Assembly: GCA_038205325.1 (NCBI GenBank)
Contig: JBBRCA010000001.1
Coordinates: 4,603-68,602 of the forward strand
From: Terriglobales bacterium
GTDB taxonomy: Bacteria; Acidobacteriota; Terriglobia; Terriglobales; Acidobacteriaceae
DNA: 64,000 bases
Reading direction: 5' to 3'
The notes beneath the pieces were generated by a model. The model was not told the DNA's origin. It searched no databases and was given only the letters and a program-made list of their open reading frames with translations. This document shows positions 61,630 to 64,000 of the stretch, in pieces. Position 1 is the stretch's first letter, and each line of letters begins with the position of its first letter. A program made the translations under genes and the position numbers.

Positions 61630-62547
61630 ATGCCCGAGAACGTGAGTCAAACGAGTGATAGCATGTCCTCCATGACGGTCTGCGCACGCAGTCACTCCGT
61701 GTTTTCGGTGCCCCTGGTTCTGTTGGTCGCGTTTCTGGCCTTTTCCATCGGCCCAATGTCCGCCCAGACGGCCGGCGATGAAGGGCCGCTACAGCCAAAG
61801 GCGGACACGGTGCTGCGCCGCCCCATCACCAACGACGCCGTTCTCCGCATGACCCGGGCCGGACTCGACGATGCCATCATCCTGCAAACTATCGATGCCC
61901 AGCCAGGACGCTACGACGTCGGGGCCGATGCTCTGATCGCGCTGAAGCAAGGCGGCGTTTCTGAGCGCGTCATCGCGGCCCTGCAAGCCAAAGCAGCGGG
62001 GTTGGCGGTCCGCCCGGCAGACAAGCCGGCCCCAGGCGTCGTGCCCGGTGCGCTCGCTCCGGCGCTCGACGAAATCGGCGTCTACTACAAAGACAAGTCC
62101 GGCGATTGGGTGCCTCTGAAAACTGAAAAAGTCGTTTTCAAATCCAGCGGATGGTTGAAGAGCGCCGTCACCAACAACATCGTCAAGAAAGACATGAACG
62201 GCCACCTCGAGGGAGAGAAATCTCCGCTGGCGTTGCACACCGGGGTGCAGCTTCTCATCTTCGCGCCCGCCGGGACCGACGCCGCCGAGTATGACTTCCT
62301 TCGCCTCCAGCAAAAGAAAAATGCTCGCGAGTTTCGCACCCTAACGGGCGGCGTGTTTCACTCCGAGTCTGGATCGGCGCGCGATGAGGTCGAATTTCAT
62401 GCCGAAAGGATCGCCCCTCAGATATACACCTTCACGGTGCCGCAGGACATTCAGAAAGGCGAGTACGGCGTTCTGCCACCCGGCGCTTCCAACCAGCGCG
62501 GCTTTGCCGATACCGGCAAAATTTTTACGTTCTCGATCGCTGAATAA
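61630..62547 (+). CDS. Exported hypothetical protein
   Basis: Signal-like segment, small helical domain (ITNDAVLRM..AGL....I), beta-rich C-domain. Start uncertain. Confidence 0.75.
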   Translation: MPENVSQTSDSMSSMTVCARSHSVFSVPLVLLVAFLAFSIGPMSAQTAGDEGPLQPKADTVLRRPITNDAVLRMTRAGLDDAIILQTIDAQPGRYDVGADALIALKQGGVSERVIAALQAKAAGLAVRPADKPAPGVVPGALAPALDEIGVYYKDKSGDWVPLKTEKVVFKSSGWLKSAVTNNIVKKDMNGHLEGEKSPLALHTGVQLLIFAPAGTDAAEYDFLRLQQKKNAREFRTLTGGVFHSESGSARDEVEFHAERIAPQIYTFTVPQDIQKGEYGVLPPGASNQRGFADTGKIFTFSIAE

Positions 62548-62549
62548 CC

Positions 62550-63575
62550 ATGCGAAGACGCACCCATCGATCCTTGTTCATCGCTTTGGCAGTCCTGGCC
62601 GCCGTGAGCATCCTGCTGCTGCTGCGCAAGAGTTCTCCGCCCGAAGCCGCGCGTTTGCTGCCCGAGTCGGACGCCATCCTCTATGTGCATTTGAAGCCGT
62701 TGCGGACTTTGACCCACTTCGATTCGACGCCTGTGGTCCGCAGCCCAGACTACCAGCGCTTTGTCGACGCCACGGGCATCGTGCCCGAACGCGACCTCGA
62801 TGCGGTCGCCTTCGCCCTCCACCGCATGCCCGACCCCAACGGCCCCAACGGTCCCGTCGCCTACTCGGAAGTCTTTGAAGGCCGCTTCGACGGCATGAAG
62901 CTGGCGCGCTATCTGTCCAGCATTGCGAGCGCCCGCGAAAGCTACGCTGGCCACGACATCTACACTGTCCCCATCGAAGGTCGCCAGCTTCGCATCGCTC
63001 AGGTCGGCTACGACACCATCGCGGCCTCCAACATGCCGACCGCCGAACAAATCCATTCCATGCTCGACCGTCACCGCGCTTCCGCGCTGTGGACACCCGG
63101 ATCCTCGCTGCTGGCCGCGCGCTACGAGGAGGTCCCACTGTTGTCGCAGGCCTGGGCCCTCGGACACATTGGCCTGCCGTTTGTCGCCAACGGCCATGTT
63201 TCAGTTCTCGGTTTGGAATTGCCCCTGAACGCAGACACCGACCTCGTCGCCAGCCTGCGCTACAGCGGGTCGATCCATCTGCGCGTCGAGGAGATCGCTC
63301 CTACCGACGACGCCGCGCGGCGCACGGTGGAGACGATGTCCACATTACTCAACATTCTGCGCGGTATCCAGAGCGCGCAACCCGCGCAAACTCCGTCCGC
63401 CGAAGCCATGCGCAAAGTGATCGACTCGGTCGCCATAGAACACCGCAAAGACCGCGCCGTCCTAACGGCGGCCGCCACAACCGACGAAGTGCGCGCGTTG
63501 GCCTCCGCCGCCAACGCTCCACCGAAATTTCCCGCCAACGCGACTCCGGCCACGCTGCCTGCGTCCAAACATTAG
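62550..63575 (+). CDS. Membrane-anchored hypothetical protein (DUF3352-like)
   Basis: N-terminal TM, PEAARLLPESDAILY; starts 2 nt after the previous gene. Confidence 0.75.
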   Translation: MRRRTHRSLFIALAVLAAVSILLLLRKSSPPEAARLLPESDAILYVHLKPLRTLTHFDSTPVVRSPDYQRFVDATGIVPERDLDAVAFALHRMPDPNGPNGPVAYSEVFEGRFDGMKLARYLSSIASARESYAGHDIYTVPIEGRQLRIAQVGYDTIAASNMPTAEQIHSMLDRHRASALWTPGSSLLAARYEEVPLLSQAWALGHIGLPFVANGHVSVLGLELPLNADTDLVASLRYSGSIHLRVEEIAPTDDAARRTVETMSTLLNILRGIQSAQPAQTPSAEAMRKVIDSVAIEHRKDRAVLTAAATTDEVRALASAANAPPKFPANATPATLPASKH

Positions 63576-63591
63576 AACGGTTCCGTACGTC

Positions 63592-63725
63592 GCTTTTCTT
63601 TCTGTCATTCCCGAAGAGAATCTGCCTTTCTTTTTGTCATTCCCGAAGGGAATCTGCTCCTGCTCATGCACTTGCTGTTGCTCGTTTTTCGTCGTCATCC
63701 TGAGCCGAAGGCGAAGGACCCCGGA
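63592..63725. repeat. Cluster of three REP-like palindromes
   Basis: TGTCATTCCCGAAGAGAATCTGC (63603), TGTCATTCCCGAAGGGAATCTGC (63635), CGTCATCCTGAGCCGAAGGCGAAGGACC (63693). Confidence 0.82.
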
Positions 63726-63830
63726 TTTCGCATTTGTTGTTGCTTGTTCTTTCAGGCTGGGTGCCATGCACTCCGGTTTTGCTCTAGACCCCGAATATCA
63801 CTCAACGCAATCCCTTTCGGAGACTACCCC

Positions 63831-64000
63831 GTGTCCAAACTCACTGCCCTCCTCCTAATCACTGTTTCCCTATCCCTCGCCCTCTGCGCGGCCCACGCGC
63901 AACAACCTGTCGTCACCGGCAAAGCCGCCTTCACCGACTACACCCAGCAGAAGCCCGGCGTCCGCCGCCACCTCACCGTCGCCGATCTGCCCGCCCCCGC
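63831..64000 (+). CDS. Exported protein N-terminus, probably PQQ-dependent sugar/sorbosone dehydrogenase family (3'-truncated)
   Basis: GTG start after GGAG, signal peptide ending AHA-Q, then GKAAFTDYTQQKPGVRRHLTVADLPAP; frame open to the window end. Confidence 0.55.
   Translation, partial: MSKLTALLLITVSLSLALCAAHAQQPVVTGKAAFTDYTQQKPGVRRHLTVADLPAP

Overview
A 64-kb chromosomal window from an Acidobacteriota genome (probably Acidobacteriaceae/Terriglobia). The assignment rests on the Cys8 zinc-ribbon insert in RpoB, the Ser/Ser DapF variant, many lineage-typical hypothetical genes and TGTCATTCC-tagged palindromic repeats. Positions 1-34.8 kb are mostly housekeeping and lineage-typical genes: carB end, DapA-like, DapF-like, MgtC, ferritin-like, membrane glycosyltransferase, PfkB kinase, mtnP, ygfZ, ribF, PBP1A, ThiO, citrate synthase, IscS, APC permease, alginate lyase family, mreB, ald and an NtrY/NtrX-like pair. 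Positions 34.85-39.05 kb are an accessory pocket just downstream of rpoC. It holds an IS1595-family element (25-bp IRs, 8-bp TSD) splitting a beta-barrel-type gene, a ~48-nt-period hairpin array followed by a GNRA-capped terminator-like stem, a degraded gene remnant and an AT-richer gene encoding an N-terminal HNH nuclease fused to a ParB/DndB-like DGQHK domain, which is the best candidate for an undescribed defence system. Positions 39.1-60.1 kb are the tRNA-rpmG-secE-nusG-rplK...rplA-rplJ-rplL-rpoB-rpoC region. It is unusual in three ways: ~5.9 kb of genes separate rplK from rplA, tuf is missing from the tRNA cluster, and rpoB has an in-frame TAA that is probably an assembly error. The window ends with a PIN/UPF0175 toxin-antitoxin-type pair and secreted proteins. 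All calls are from motif recognition by eye; no database searches were run.
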